Shown here one piece after another: positions 26,556 through 39,200 of a stretch of DNA of 64,000 nt. Source of the DNA: Paraspadella gotoi. Its lineage: Eukaryota; Animalia; Chaetognatha. The stretch covers positions 23,024,256 to 23,088,255 of the forward strand of contig CM119268.1 in assembly GCA_051294375.1 (NCBI GenBank), written 5' to 3'. A program made the translations under genes and the position numbers. The notes beneath the pieces were generated by a model. That model was not told the DNA's origin, ran no database searches, and saw only the letters and a program-made list of their open reading frames with translations. The stretch's first letter is position 1. Each line of letters opens with the position of its first letter.

Positions 26556-29500
26556 CTATCTAGCTATCTATCTATCTATCTATCTCTTTCCTTCTTTCTC
26601 TCTTTCTTATTTATTTTTGATCGCGCCTTGACGCAATTTACTAAGATGCTTTTTAGTCTGTCAGTCTGTCTAACATGCTTTTTAGTCTGTCAGTCTCTCT
26701 TAACATGCTTTTAAAAAAAAAGGCTCTAAGCAAAATTGGTTTCTATCTCTTTCTTTTTTCTCTGTCTTTCTACCTTTAATGAGTCCCGCATCTTTAACAA
26801 CAACGACCAGAATTCTTGTCTCTAGGCAACCGAACTTTTTCTCAAAGATACAACCGAAAATCGGATCTGGAGTTTTGGGTCTTATATTTCCCTCGAACAG
26901 AGAGGCTCCTCATCGGCGCCTAGGTGGACCTGATCGAGCGTAGGACCGTAAATACACTCGGCAGTAGTACATACAGCAGCAATGACAACATCACAACATC
27001 AACTCCGCGCAACCTCCAAATAAGCGTTTGATGTCCAGTCTCGTCTCTTGATCTCAAATGTTCGGCGTCAATGACATAAACTCGAGACGACGCATTCGCC
27101 CTGAAGTTGCCGCATCTTGAAAGGGAAATTAAATTGATAAGACAAATAAAAAAAAACTATCAAATTATTAATGAATAAGCTATTTTGCCTCCTGACTTTG
27201 AAATGGTTATTGGTCGGTTCGGGCTCTCTCCCTTCTCTTCCTCTTTCTCACCCTGAGTCTCCTTATCTTATAATTTCTCCTCCTCTTCCTCCTCATTATC
27301 TTCTACAACGCGAATCGAAGCTTTTAATTCGGGGGCAACTGAAAGAATTGAACGCCTTCCTTTCTGAAATAGAGATCAATCAATCAATAAATGTATCAAT
27401 CAATCAATCAATTCAAATCAATCAAGCAATATCAATCACACCAATGAATATGAATAAGAAATGAATGAATGAATTATCAATCAATCAACTATTTGTCAAA
27501 CGCAAAAGGATTGTAAATTTAAACATCATTCAAAATTGGAGAAATAACAAACATTACTAAAATTAATAAGTCAAGACGTATATAGCAATTAATAACTTTT
27601 GAACCAGAACGGTTGGTCACTCATTGGGTATTTACTTTTTTTGGCCCTTTGTTTCTAAACCATTTTTACCAATGTAGCCATGCGCCTGATTAAATGCTCT
27701 TATGCCTGATGTGTAAATATCTTTTTCTCCCCAATCTCCTCATTCTTTACTTTTGAAGTAAAAGATTCAGTGAAATGTTAAATCCATCAAATCATCTTCT
27801 CTTTCTAATTCGTTTCGAAAATGCCTCATCGGCGGATACGGCGGTCGGTAGTTTGCCTTTTCATCGGCAAAGAGCGTAGAATTTACTCCACCTGAGCAAA
27901 TGAAAACATTGTCTCTGTCTCTATCTGTCCTGTCCTCTCTCTCTCTCTCTCCGTCTCACCATCACTCATTAACCGGATCTCCTTTCTCCACCGGCTCCGG
28001 CAATCGGTGTCTTTCCTCTTCCTCCCCTCTCACTCCTCCTCCCTCTCCCCCATCCTCCCTTCTCCTCCTCGCCTCCACAAATTCTTTTGATCTTTTTTAC
28101 ACTCTAACTCCGGATTTTGAAAAACGAGGCTTCGATCGATGAAGATGACAGAGACGCGACCTCTGGTGAGAGAAATGAAAATTGGATTTTTTAAAAACTA
28201 TTAAGCTTTAATTTTATCGATATTTACTCTTCATAATTAAAGATTCTTATTATACCGGATATGAAATTGGTAGAGCGCCCACAAAAATTATATTAATTTA
28301 ACAAAAAAAAATTATCAGGGCCTGGATTTAGACGGCTAATAGGCTATGCCTCTCAGTTTTCCTCACAAGACAGNNNNNNNNNNNNNNNNNNNNNNNNNCA
28401 CTCCCACCGACGTCACTCTCCCCCACGCAACCTCCCGCGGAGCCACGCCCACAACCGGCGCGCCCTCTATCCGGCGCCGTCGACGTCGACGACGAACTTC
28501 GAGCCATCGCGACGCCGGTCGTCGTCTTTCTCATCGTCGTCGCCGTCGTCGTTAACGTCGGCCTCATTGTCGTCTTCGAGCGTCAGCGACGAGGAGGAAG
28601 ACTCGGGTCAAAGGTTAAGTGTTGATGTGGGTCCGGTCTGAGGTCAGGGGGTCAAAACTGTGGGGCAGTGGGTCCTGTCTGAGGTCAGGGGTCCAACCTG
28701 TGGGGCAGTGGGTCCTGTCTAAGGTCAGGGAGTCCAAACTGTGGGGCAGTGGGTCCTGTCTAAGGTCAGGGAGTCCAAACTGTGGGCAGTGGTCCTGTTC
28801 AGATGTCAGGAGGTCAAAACTGTGGGGCAGTGGTCCGGTCTGAGGTCAGGGGTCAAAACTGTGGGGCAGTGGGTCCTGTCTGATGTCAGGGGTCAACTGT
28901 GGGGCAGAGGGTCCGGTCTGAGGTCAAGGGGTCAAACAACTGTTGGGGCAGTGGGTCCTGTCTGAGGACACTGAATTCGAATTGAAGCAGCCAGCTTTGG
29001 CAACAGCAACCTTATAGTTTATTTCCCTTCGCAGGTCAAACTTCTCATTCTGTCCATCTCTGATCTTCTTTTCACATTTGCCTTTCTCTTCTTCCTCATC
29101 TTCGCCGCAGCCACTAACGTCGGCGAAGGTTAGAGGACTCAGAGGGTAAGGGTTTTCAAAACAGGGTGAGGTCATTTAACTTTCCCTTTTTTTTTTTGCA
29201 GCATCCCCGGCCGTGTTCAGTCTTCTTCAATTTTACGCTGTTGTGACCGGAGCTGCGAACAGAAACTTGATTCTCTACATCACTTTCAAACGAGCGAGGA
29301 TCATTAATCTAAGGAGAAGCCTCAATTATCTCACCTTGACGCCTAAAATTGTGCTGAAGGTGAGTTTGAGGGAAAAATGGGTAAGGAGTGTGGAAAAGAA
29401 GTCGGGCGTTCAGGCGGGTTAGACTGGATATAGTATTAGACAGGAAGGGAAAGCAGGAAAAATAATCTTGGTGTACTACGAAACGTTTTGGCAAAGAAAG

Positions 29501-31735
29501 CTTTACCATGTTTTTTTTTAGGAAACTCTCAGTTATGGTGTTGCCCCAGGATTCTTGGTGGGCATCATAATCGGTGCAATGGCGTCAAAAAGGTTGTTGC
29601 AGAACCAACAGACCGGATTGGGTGAGATTCACAATAGACTTTGATATTTTCCGATATAATCGGAGAGTTAATTTGAACTTGATTGTAGGCGAAATAGTGT
29701 ATCAATTGATTGAATGGATAATTTTTGTATTGGTTGTCTCAATTTTATAAAGAAATGGCCAATTCTTCAGGTCCAGTCAACTACTTTGCTTATGGATTTC
29801 TCTTCTTCATATGCATCTTGCTGATGCTGGGAATGGCCACTTTCATTCTGGTCAAGTCAAAAACTGCCTTTGGTGATCGACCCGAACAGGTAATGACTCA
29901 TCTGAAATCTGGGAATTATACCCTGCAACATCCAACAGAAAATTTTAAAGTAGTAGGCTTATCTTTATGACTTTACATATTACCAAACCTCATTGCCACA
30001 ATTATCTTTCATTCTAGGTTGATTTCCAAAATTCTGTCGCCGCAGTGGCGGTTATCTACTGCGCTTGCAATATTCCTTGCACCCTTGTGTAAGACAACAA
30101 ATTTGATTTAAATAAAAAGCTATAACTAATTGCCGCTAAGGTATATTCAATCGAGTACTTTTTGACCAGCTACTTCTGGCGAGGAGTCATTCATCCACGA
30201 CCACAGAGTGATGTCCCATCGGCTCTACGTAGCGTCCAAGCTTCGGCTCACATTCTCAACTCGGCGGCGAACTTTTTCGTTTATTTCTTAATTAGTCAAA
30301 ACTTTCGCTCGGAATTGAAAGGATTTTTACAAGACGCTCTTGGTCGACTGGTTATTATATGATAGCAAATATTTTAATGAGTTGCAATAAAATTGCAGAA
30401 AAAAAATCATTTTAATACTTTATCAAACAACAATTTGTTGATAGAAAAGAAGTTTTAAAAGACAAATACAAATGTAGAGTGCCCAGTGCCCAGACCTCCA
30501 AGAAACAAATACATGTACGGTAGAAGGTATATAAAGGCCCCAAACAATAGTATACTATAAACTTTGTAAACTTTTGGGGGACAGGCCCGCCAGTTCTCTC
30601 AATAAGACCCCTGGACCTAGACCTAGACCTAGACCCCTACCCTCGTTTACCTTTGACATAAATATCGATCATCTTATCTCCAAAGAGATTTTCTTGATTC
30701 ACTTCAAGATCGAAAACATTCCACACGACGAGTCTGAGTTGATGCGGAGAAACGACCCGAGGAGAAACATCAACCGGAGGCGATGGAATTCCGCGAACCG
30801 AAGGGAAGATGTCGACCCAGAGACGAAGGCGACCCACTTCAGCGCGGGGCTGGCGGAGGTGTGGGCGGGGAAGGGGTCGATTTTAACCCTCCGTCTGTCT
30901 GCCAACCTGTCTTGTAACCTCAGTAACGATCGGGGGTTTTGTGTAATCGTTTGGAGTGTCTCTCTCTCTCTCTCTCTCTCTCTCCCCTTCTCAACCTGAA
31001 CATCATTGACCAATCTTCTCGTCTCCACGTGCTCTGGAACCAGCTTCAACTTGTGCAAGATGCAGAGAGCGAGCCTTTCGTCGATCGGCCCTTCCAAAGG
31101 ATGCGGAGGATCTTCCAACTCCTCGTCGAAGTCGGAGGCTTTGAAGGCGACGTCGCTGATGACTACTTCAGCGCCATCGGGTGACCAGACCGGCGGGGAC
31201 CAGCCTTGGGAAGGAGGGTGGAGTGAGAAGCGGGGAAAGGGGAGAGGAGAAGCGGAAAGGAGAAGCGGTAAAAAAGGGGAAATGAGAAGTGGAAAGGAGA
31301 AGCAGAAAGGAAAAGCGGAAAGAAAAAATAATATTTTTAGCCTGTTGATTAATTTAAATATTTTTCTCGCTGATCGCATGTCACTCATCTAATATTTTCA
31401 TCTGGTTGCTTTTCTGTGATGTAACTTTTTCCAGCTTCTTTCTCTTCGCTTTCCTTCTTGCCCTGTCTCCTCCTTTCCTCCCTCTCCCTTCCTCCCTTCC
31501 TCCCCTTTCTCCCTCTCCCTTCCTCCCCTCTCTTCCTCTCTAACCTCTCAACTCTGCCACTTCCTGCAGTATCTCCTTCGGGGTCGCAGTGTCCCTCCAA
31601 GCGAACTTCCCGCGGACGAAGTACTTGGCCTGCAGACCGCAAGAGGCTCTCCACTTTGAAGTCAGTCGATCCTCCAGGTCGATGCGGGTGGAGCCGATCT
31701 CCTCGTCAAAGCCTGAGGTGAAGGCCTTATTCATT

Positions 31736-31826
<91 letters not shown>

Positions 31827-33212
31827 CTTTCCTTCTTTCTCTCTTTTCTTATTTATTTTTGATCGCGCCTTGACGCAACTTACTAAGATGCTTTTTAGTC
31901 TGTCAGTCTCTCTTAACATGCTTTTTAGTCTGTCAGTCTGTCTTAACATGCTTTTTAGTCTGTCAGTCTCTCTTAACATGCTTTTTAAAAATAATAGGCT
32001 CGTTAAGCAAAATTGGTTTTCTATCTTCTTTCATTTTCTCTGTCTTTCTACCTTTAATGAGTCCCGCATCTTTAACAACAACGACCAGATTCTTGTCTCT
32101 AGGCAACCGAACTTTTCTCTCAAAGATACAACCGAAAATCGGATCTGGAGTTTTGGGTCTGTAGTTTTCCCTCGAACAGAGAGGCTCCTCATCGGCGCCT
32201 AGGTGGACCTGATCGAGCGTAGGACCGTAAATACACTCGGCAGTACGTACATACAGCAGCAATGACAACATCACAACATCAACTCCAGCGCAACCTCCAA
32301 ATAAGCGTTGATGTCCACGTCTCGTCTTCTTGATCTCAAATGTTCGGCGTCAATGACATAAACTCGGACGACGCATTCGCCCTGAAGTTGCCGCATCTTG
32401 AAAAGGGATATTAAATTGATAAGACAAATAAAAAGAAAACTAACAAATTATTAAATGAATAAGCTATTTTGCCTCCTGACTTTGAAATGGTTATGGTCGG
32501 TTCGGGCCTCTCTCCCTCTCTTCCTCTTTCTCACCCTGAGTCTCCTTATCTTTATTAATTTCTCCTCCTCTTCCTCCTCATTATCTTCTACAACGCGAAT
32601 CGAAGCTTTTAATTCGGCAACTGGAATAGATTGAACGCCTTCCTTTCTGAAATAGAGATCAATCAATCAATAAATGTATCAATCAATCAATCAATCAATC
32701 AATCAAGCAATCAAACACCTAATGAATAAATGAATGAATGAATGAATGTATCAATCAATCAACTATTTGTCAAACCAACAAGTAGATTGTAAATTTAAAC
32801 ATCATTCAAAATTGGAGAAAAACAAACAATTACTAAAATTAATAAGTCAAGACGTATATAGCAATTAATAACTTTTGAACCAGAACTGTCTGGTCACTCA
32901 TTGGGTATTTACTTTGTTTTTGGCCTTTGTTTCTAAACCTATTTTACCAATGGTAGCCATGCGCCTGATTCTAAATCTCTTATGCCTGATTGTAAATATC
33001 TTTTTCTCCCCAATCTCCTCATTCTTTACTTTGTGAAGATAAAAGATTCAGTGAAATCTTTAAATCCATCAAAATCATCTTCTCTTTCTAATTCGTTGTC
33101 GAAAATCCTCATCGGCGGATAACCGGCGGTCGTGTAGTTGCTCTTTTCATCGGCAAAGGAGGCGTAGAATTTACTCCACCTGAGCAGAAATGAACAGTTG
33201 TCTCTGTCTCTA

Positions 33213-33246
<34 letters not shown>

Positions 33247-36200
33247 ACCAGTCCACATATTCATTAACCGGATCCCTTTTCCTCAATCCGGCATCCGGCA
33301 ATCGGTTCTTTCCTCTTCCTCCTCCTCCTCCTACTCCTCCCTTCTTCCTCTTCCTCCTCCATCCTCCTCTTCTCCTTCTCGCCTCCACAAATTCTTTGAG
33401 TCTTTTTAACTCTAACTCCGGATTTGAAAACGAGGCTTCGAATCGATGAAGATCGACAGAGACGCGACCTCTGGTGAGAGAAAATTGAAAATTGGGATTT
33501 TTTTAAAACTAATTAAAGGCTTTAATTTTATCGATATTTACTCTTCATAATTAAAAGATTCTATTAACCGGATATGAAATTGGTAGAGCCAATACAAAAA
33601 TTATCAATTAATTTAACAAAAAAAAAATTTATCAGGCCCTGGATTTTAGACTGGCTAATGGCTATGGCCTCCAGTCTTCTCACAAGACAATAACGTAACA
33701 AGCATACTTTTTACCAAGCATATATGATCCTGATTGATGTACGAAATTGCTTGCAGACCCGAATCGTCTGCTTTCTTTGACTGGCACCTCAACTTGACTA
33801 ATTTCTTTGTGCCCGCTACACTGAGCCATAGCCCTTTACACTTTTCTAATCTTTTCCATTTGCCCTCCTCCCTACGCCCCGCTCCTTTGCACCACCAGCT
33901 ACACAAAGACCTACTCCTTCACACCGCCCTTACTCCACCTTACCTCTCAGGGCCGGCTCCACCAGTGAGCAGACGCCCGAGAAGGGTCTTGTCCGTGACG
34001 ACGATGACCAGTGGCGCTCGATAGATGGAGGAGCATGGGAGAGAGACATGAGAGGGAGAAGTCCACTTCCCTGAAAGGAACAATAGATGAGGAGGGCAAA
34101 GGAGAGAGACATGGAGAGAACTTCCTGAAAGGAGACAATAGATTGAGGACTACTGAGAGAGACATGGAGTCACTTTGCTGAAGGACAATAGATTGAGGAG
34201 CAGGAGAGAGACATGGAGAGTCACTTCTGAAGGGACAAATAGATTGAGGAGCATGGAGAGAGACATGGAGAGAACTTCCTGAAAGGACATAGATGAGGAG
34301 CATGGTAGAGAGACATGAGAGTCACTTCCTGAAAGGACAAAGATTGAGGAGCATGGAAGAGAGACAATGGAGTCACTTGCTGAAAAGGACAATAGATTGA
34401 GGAGCATGGAAGAGAGACATGGAGACTGGAGAGTCACTTGCTGAAAGGACAATAGATGGAGGAGCATGGGAGACAGACATGGAGTCACTTGCTGAAAGGA
34501 CAATAGATTGAGGAGCATGGTAGAGAGACATGGAGAGGACAAAAGATATGATTCAGGTCGGAATTCTCTCAAAACGCAGATAGTGGCATTTTCAATTAGT
34601 AATTAAACATTTTGGTAATCCTTGAGTGGTCATTGAAAAATATCTTGGTAGCCTTATGAGAGCATTATGAAGAAAAGAAAAATGTACATGACCTACATTG
34701 TTATCAATCCTTATCTTAATTAAAACAGATTTTTTCAGATGCCCGAGTTTCCCATTATAATCAGTGAAAATGAGTTAATTTATCAATATCCTTTCATGAA
34801 ATTCTCAAGTTCTGTTCTACATTCACGATTATTAATTATTGATTATTTGCTCTATTTGTCATTCTCTAAAATTAATCTAAGGATCTAATCCTAAGTGTTA
34901 CATGGTTATCCTTCTATATTAGATGACAAAAAAAATCAGAGAATGGAAGTATTTTTATCTCCTTTTTTTCTTATCAGTTTTTCTTGCGGAGGATTTCTCT
35001 GTATCAATTTCTAGCAATTTATTAGTTTTCCATCGGCAAGAAATTGGCCAAGAGCCCACGCGTTGCACTGACATTTTGTACTTCGGTTGAATCAAATATT
35101 TTCAAAAATGAATCTTGATCTCGCTTTATTGATTCTCAACATTTTCCTCAATTCGTTGGACGTTGGCACCGACGTTCACACAATGTTCAACTACTTCAGC
35201 AGCGATCAGCGATTTCTCCGTATCGTAGGCATCGCGCTATTGGGCGTCAACTCGGTTCACGTCCTGATGTCAACTTTCTTCGGCCTCGTCGTTTCATTGG
35301 TTCATCGGTCGACCTATGAGAGATTGTGGAAAACCCGACTGCGTTGCTGTCTTGTTGCAACGTTGCATCTGGTGGGATTGGCCTCAATTCCTTATTCAAT
35401 AGATTTTTATTTGGAGGAAAGCGGGAAATTTCATCCAGGTGAAAAAAAAACAGTATTGGCTCAATCTGTTTCATGTTTCTTTGTTGAAATGACTAGACAG
35501 CAAAAGAAAAGTACTTATTAGCTGTTTTGGGCATTTGGCAAAGTTCACCTCACAAGACGTGGTGAACCGGTGACTTAAAACCATTAGGCACCGGGATTAA
35601 TTCCCTAAGGCATTGGGGAAAATATGAGGACAACCCTGGTGACTTGGAGAAAACACAAGCCCAGAGTCATTCCGTTGCTGGCTTAAGCTTCCACATTTTT
35701 TAGTCCATTTTTACATATTTTTGCAGCTGGCGTTCTCGACCTCAAAGAAAATTTGCGAAGCAAGCTAAATCTACTACATGTGCTGTTCGAGTCGTTTCCC
35801 CAACTGCTCATCCAAGCTGGAGCCTTACTCTACACGCTGACGAGCGGATCGTCAGAGTTCTGCCTTTCCAATTGTCTCTCTCAAGTCAAGCAAGGAACCG
35901 GCGTTTCGATATCTTACGATCCCGATTATGGAAGTTTGGACATGGTACCCACGATCGACGTGGTCTGTAACGTGGAGGGAAATTTGGCATCGATCGGTTT
36001 GGATGGATCAATGACACCAATGAACGAATCTTGTCGTTGCAGTTATCCATCCGCAGATTTTGCCTTTGACAGAGAAATTACTTGCGGTTGGCGATTAGAG
36101 GATTATGCGCCTTTGATATCTATCTCTCTCTCAACCGCGAGCGTGGCTCGAGCGGCGGCTAATTTTAGAATTCAAAACATTGACAGATTCGTGAATAATT

Positions 36201-39200
36201 ACTTGGCCAGATTAGGCGAGATTTTGGGCACCGTTCAAGGAATAGTTGGTCTGAGCATTTCTCTATATCTGGTTTATGTTAAAGCGATCGGCGTTTCTAT
36301 TTGGTTGATTATCTTGGCGCCTTTAGTCATTCTACGAATCTTTACTCCATCAGAAATTTGGAAATTGATAAAAAACATGATTTTAAACTCAGAACGAGAT
36401 GAGAAACGAGTTTGCGAACATTTCCAAGAAATCGTGAGCGCCTCTTGGCTCGTTTTCTCTTTCTCTTTGTTTCTTTTGGTAGAAAAACATGTGATTATCT
36501 CTGAATATTTTGTTCCTGGTGTCGAGGGTAAAAGCCAAGAGTTAAAATACTTCATCGACACATCAGTGTCCAAGGCAACAATTGATTGGGGTTTGGCCAA
36601 GACCAAGAACGACGTCTCGCCAAAGTTACTTCTCTTTCACAAAATCTGGAATTCGACTTCCAACAGAAACGATGCCAGTTGTTTTCAAACAAAAGGCATC
36701 ATAGACGAGAGAAAGTGGCGCCGGGTTTCTTTCGCGGATTTTAAAAGCGGAGATTGTAAATCTCCAAAAGATTTTCCGGATTTTCCGAATCGACCAGCGA
36801 AAGACGCCCAACGAGATATCGTTTTACGTTTGGGAAATAGTCGACTTATCAATCCAAAGTTTTCTACTCTGATGCTGTTAGCTCTGATCGAATCGTTATT
36901 AGGATTAATTTATAACTTATTCCTGACTCGTATTTGTAATTGTAAAGCTAAATCGAATTATCTCATGACATTGTCAGTTTATATGATACCTTTATTTATT
37001 TTTGGTTCTAACTTTTACTCGTCTTTGCGTTATGATTTAAACGTGGAAAAGGCGATTAGCCTTTTGGGCGATTTGAGATATTTTTTAAATCATTACTTCG
37101 AGGAAGGCTGCATTCTGAAAGACTTTACGGCCAAAATAAAAAGTGGTGGGAATTTAAAACTTGATGAATTTCAATGTTTAGAATTTAGAAAAATCAAAAT
37201 CGACTTAATTAATACCAGATATTTGCCGTATAGATTTTCAAAAATGTTTCTTCATGTAATTGTGTTTTACGCAATCCTAATATTTAGCAATATCTTTCAA
37301 AGTTATCTCTTCAGAAATAAGCATTTTCAAGGCTCGGTATATTTCAAAGCCCAGTGCTTTTTCTGTTTATTAATTACTTGGTTGTTTCCGATATTAATGT
37401 TATTTTATTTCTTTACCGATAAAATGATTAATGTTTCCGAAGAAAATATAAAGAATACTCTTATCAAATTTTGCGATCCAGAAAATAATTTTTTACTAAA
37501 AGAAAATCATCTTTTTTGGATCAATTTTCACAAGAAAATTTTTTCTTACATTTTTTACGAAGAGAGTTCATTTGTTTATCTCTCTTTTTCTCCGCTACCG
37601 TTTATTGTCGCTACTTTCTTAACCGCGAATTTCCAATTGAGAAAAAGAAACAAAATGACATCGAAATCGGTTATTACTCTCTTCCTCCTTACGATTCAAA
37701 CTTTAACCACATTCTACTTATTTTCTCGCTCTCTCTCTTCACCCAAGCATCGGTTAAACTCCACTAAGATTTTCGCCAAGCTGACAAGTCTACGAAACCT
37801 GATCCCGCACGTCCGTGACTTTGATCAGGATCCGTTTCGAACCGATGCTAATCTGCGCTGGCCTGCGTACAGATCTCTGATCCCGGTCAGCGCGGTGGCG
37901 TTCAAGTGTTGGCGTTGGATGGAAACTACTGCAGCCGAGCGAGAGGGATACGGAGAGCTAGAGTTAATAGCTGAGGAAGTTCCGAATCTTTTGGACTCGT
38001 TTTTCGCGAATGTTAAGAGAGAAAAAGATGAGAATTTCGATGTTTTTCAAATTTTATTTTTCGTCTCGGCCTTAGTTTCTTTCTTATGGTCGGTGTCGTA
38101 ATTTTTGTGAGTCTGATTTGTAATCATTATGACGTAATACTTTGTATAATGAGTTTGAATTAAGTCGTTGTAATTTAACGTTAATACAGTTTGTCATTGA
38201 TTATTTATTAAGTATTTTCTATAAATTTGTTATATTGTTTTTTTGTATAACTAAAATGACTTTCACTTTTACCATTCAATGTCTTCAAATTTATTCTTTT
38301 TTTTTCTTAAAAATTAAAAAAAATACATGTAAAGCCTTGTATAATCTTTCTTATATTAGATGAAAAATATATGGTGTCATTTTGGCAGATATTTATATTT
38401 ATACAGAAACTTCCTGTAATGTAGTGGCAACCTGATGGTAAGAAAATATATATGTAAAAAATAAAAAGACAGAAAAAGGCAGAGAGAAAAGAAAGAAGGA
38501 AGAAAAAAAAAAAGAAAGAGAAAGAAAGAAAGACAGAGAGCTCTCTCTACGTAGAACAACGAAGAGAAATAGGAAGATGATGATGATGATTAGGATGATG
38601 ATGACAACGATGATGGTGATGATGATGATTATGATGATCTTACCGGACGACGAAATCTTCCTTTGCCATCGACTTCGGCGACACCGACTGTCTCTCCGTT
38701 GATCTGGAAAATGGAGGAAGGAAAAAAAGAAAAAGGAGGAAGGGAGGAAGAAAAGAAAAAAAAGGAGGAAGGGAGGAAGGAAAGAAGAAAAAGAGAAGGA
38801 AGGGAGGAAGAAAAGGAAGAAGAAGAAAGGAGGAAGGGAGGAAGAAATAAAGGAGGAAGGGAAGAAGAAAAGGAAAAAGAAAAAAGTAGGAGGGGAGGAA
38901 GGAAAGAAGAAGAAAGACACAATTTATTTGTTGTTTTTCACATTTCGACGTATTTCCCCATCATAATTTCTTGCTTGGTGGCAGCGGTACGATTTCAACC
39001 CAGGCTACCAAAAAGACATCAAATTGACCACAAACCCTCCTAACCAACCCTCTTGACCTACCATAACCTAACCTAACCGGACCTAACCTCGAATTTGATC
39101 TCCGGCGCAGCAAACTTTCCTCTCGCTCCATCTCTCTTAGTCGAGTCGATGCGACTTAACTCCCAACAGAAGAGGCGGAGGGCGACTCGACGAAAAGCTG

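Larger units (their letters stand above)
23150..33690. repeat. ~5.2-kb direct duplication (23150-28373 = 28399-33690) flanking N-gap 28374-28398
   Basis: Colinear near-identity covering the GPCR and 8 ferlin exons. Differences are mostly 1-bp indels and both junctions sit at the gap, so it is probably an assembly artefact. Confidence 0.9.

Noticed and set aside
23150-33690. Real tandem duplication of the GPCR and ferlin exons
   Set aside because: Breakpoints coincide with a 25-N gap and differences are mostly 1-bp indels, typical of unmerged noisy contig overlaps. Read depth would settle it.
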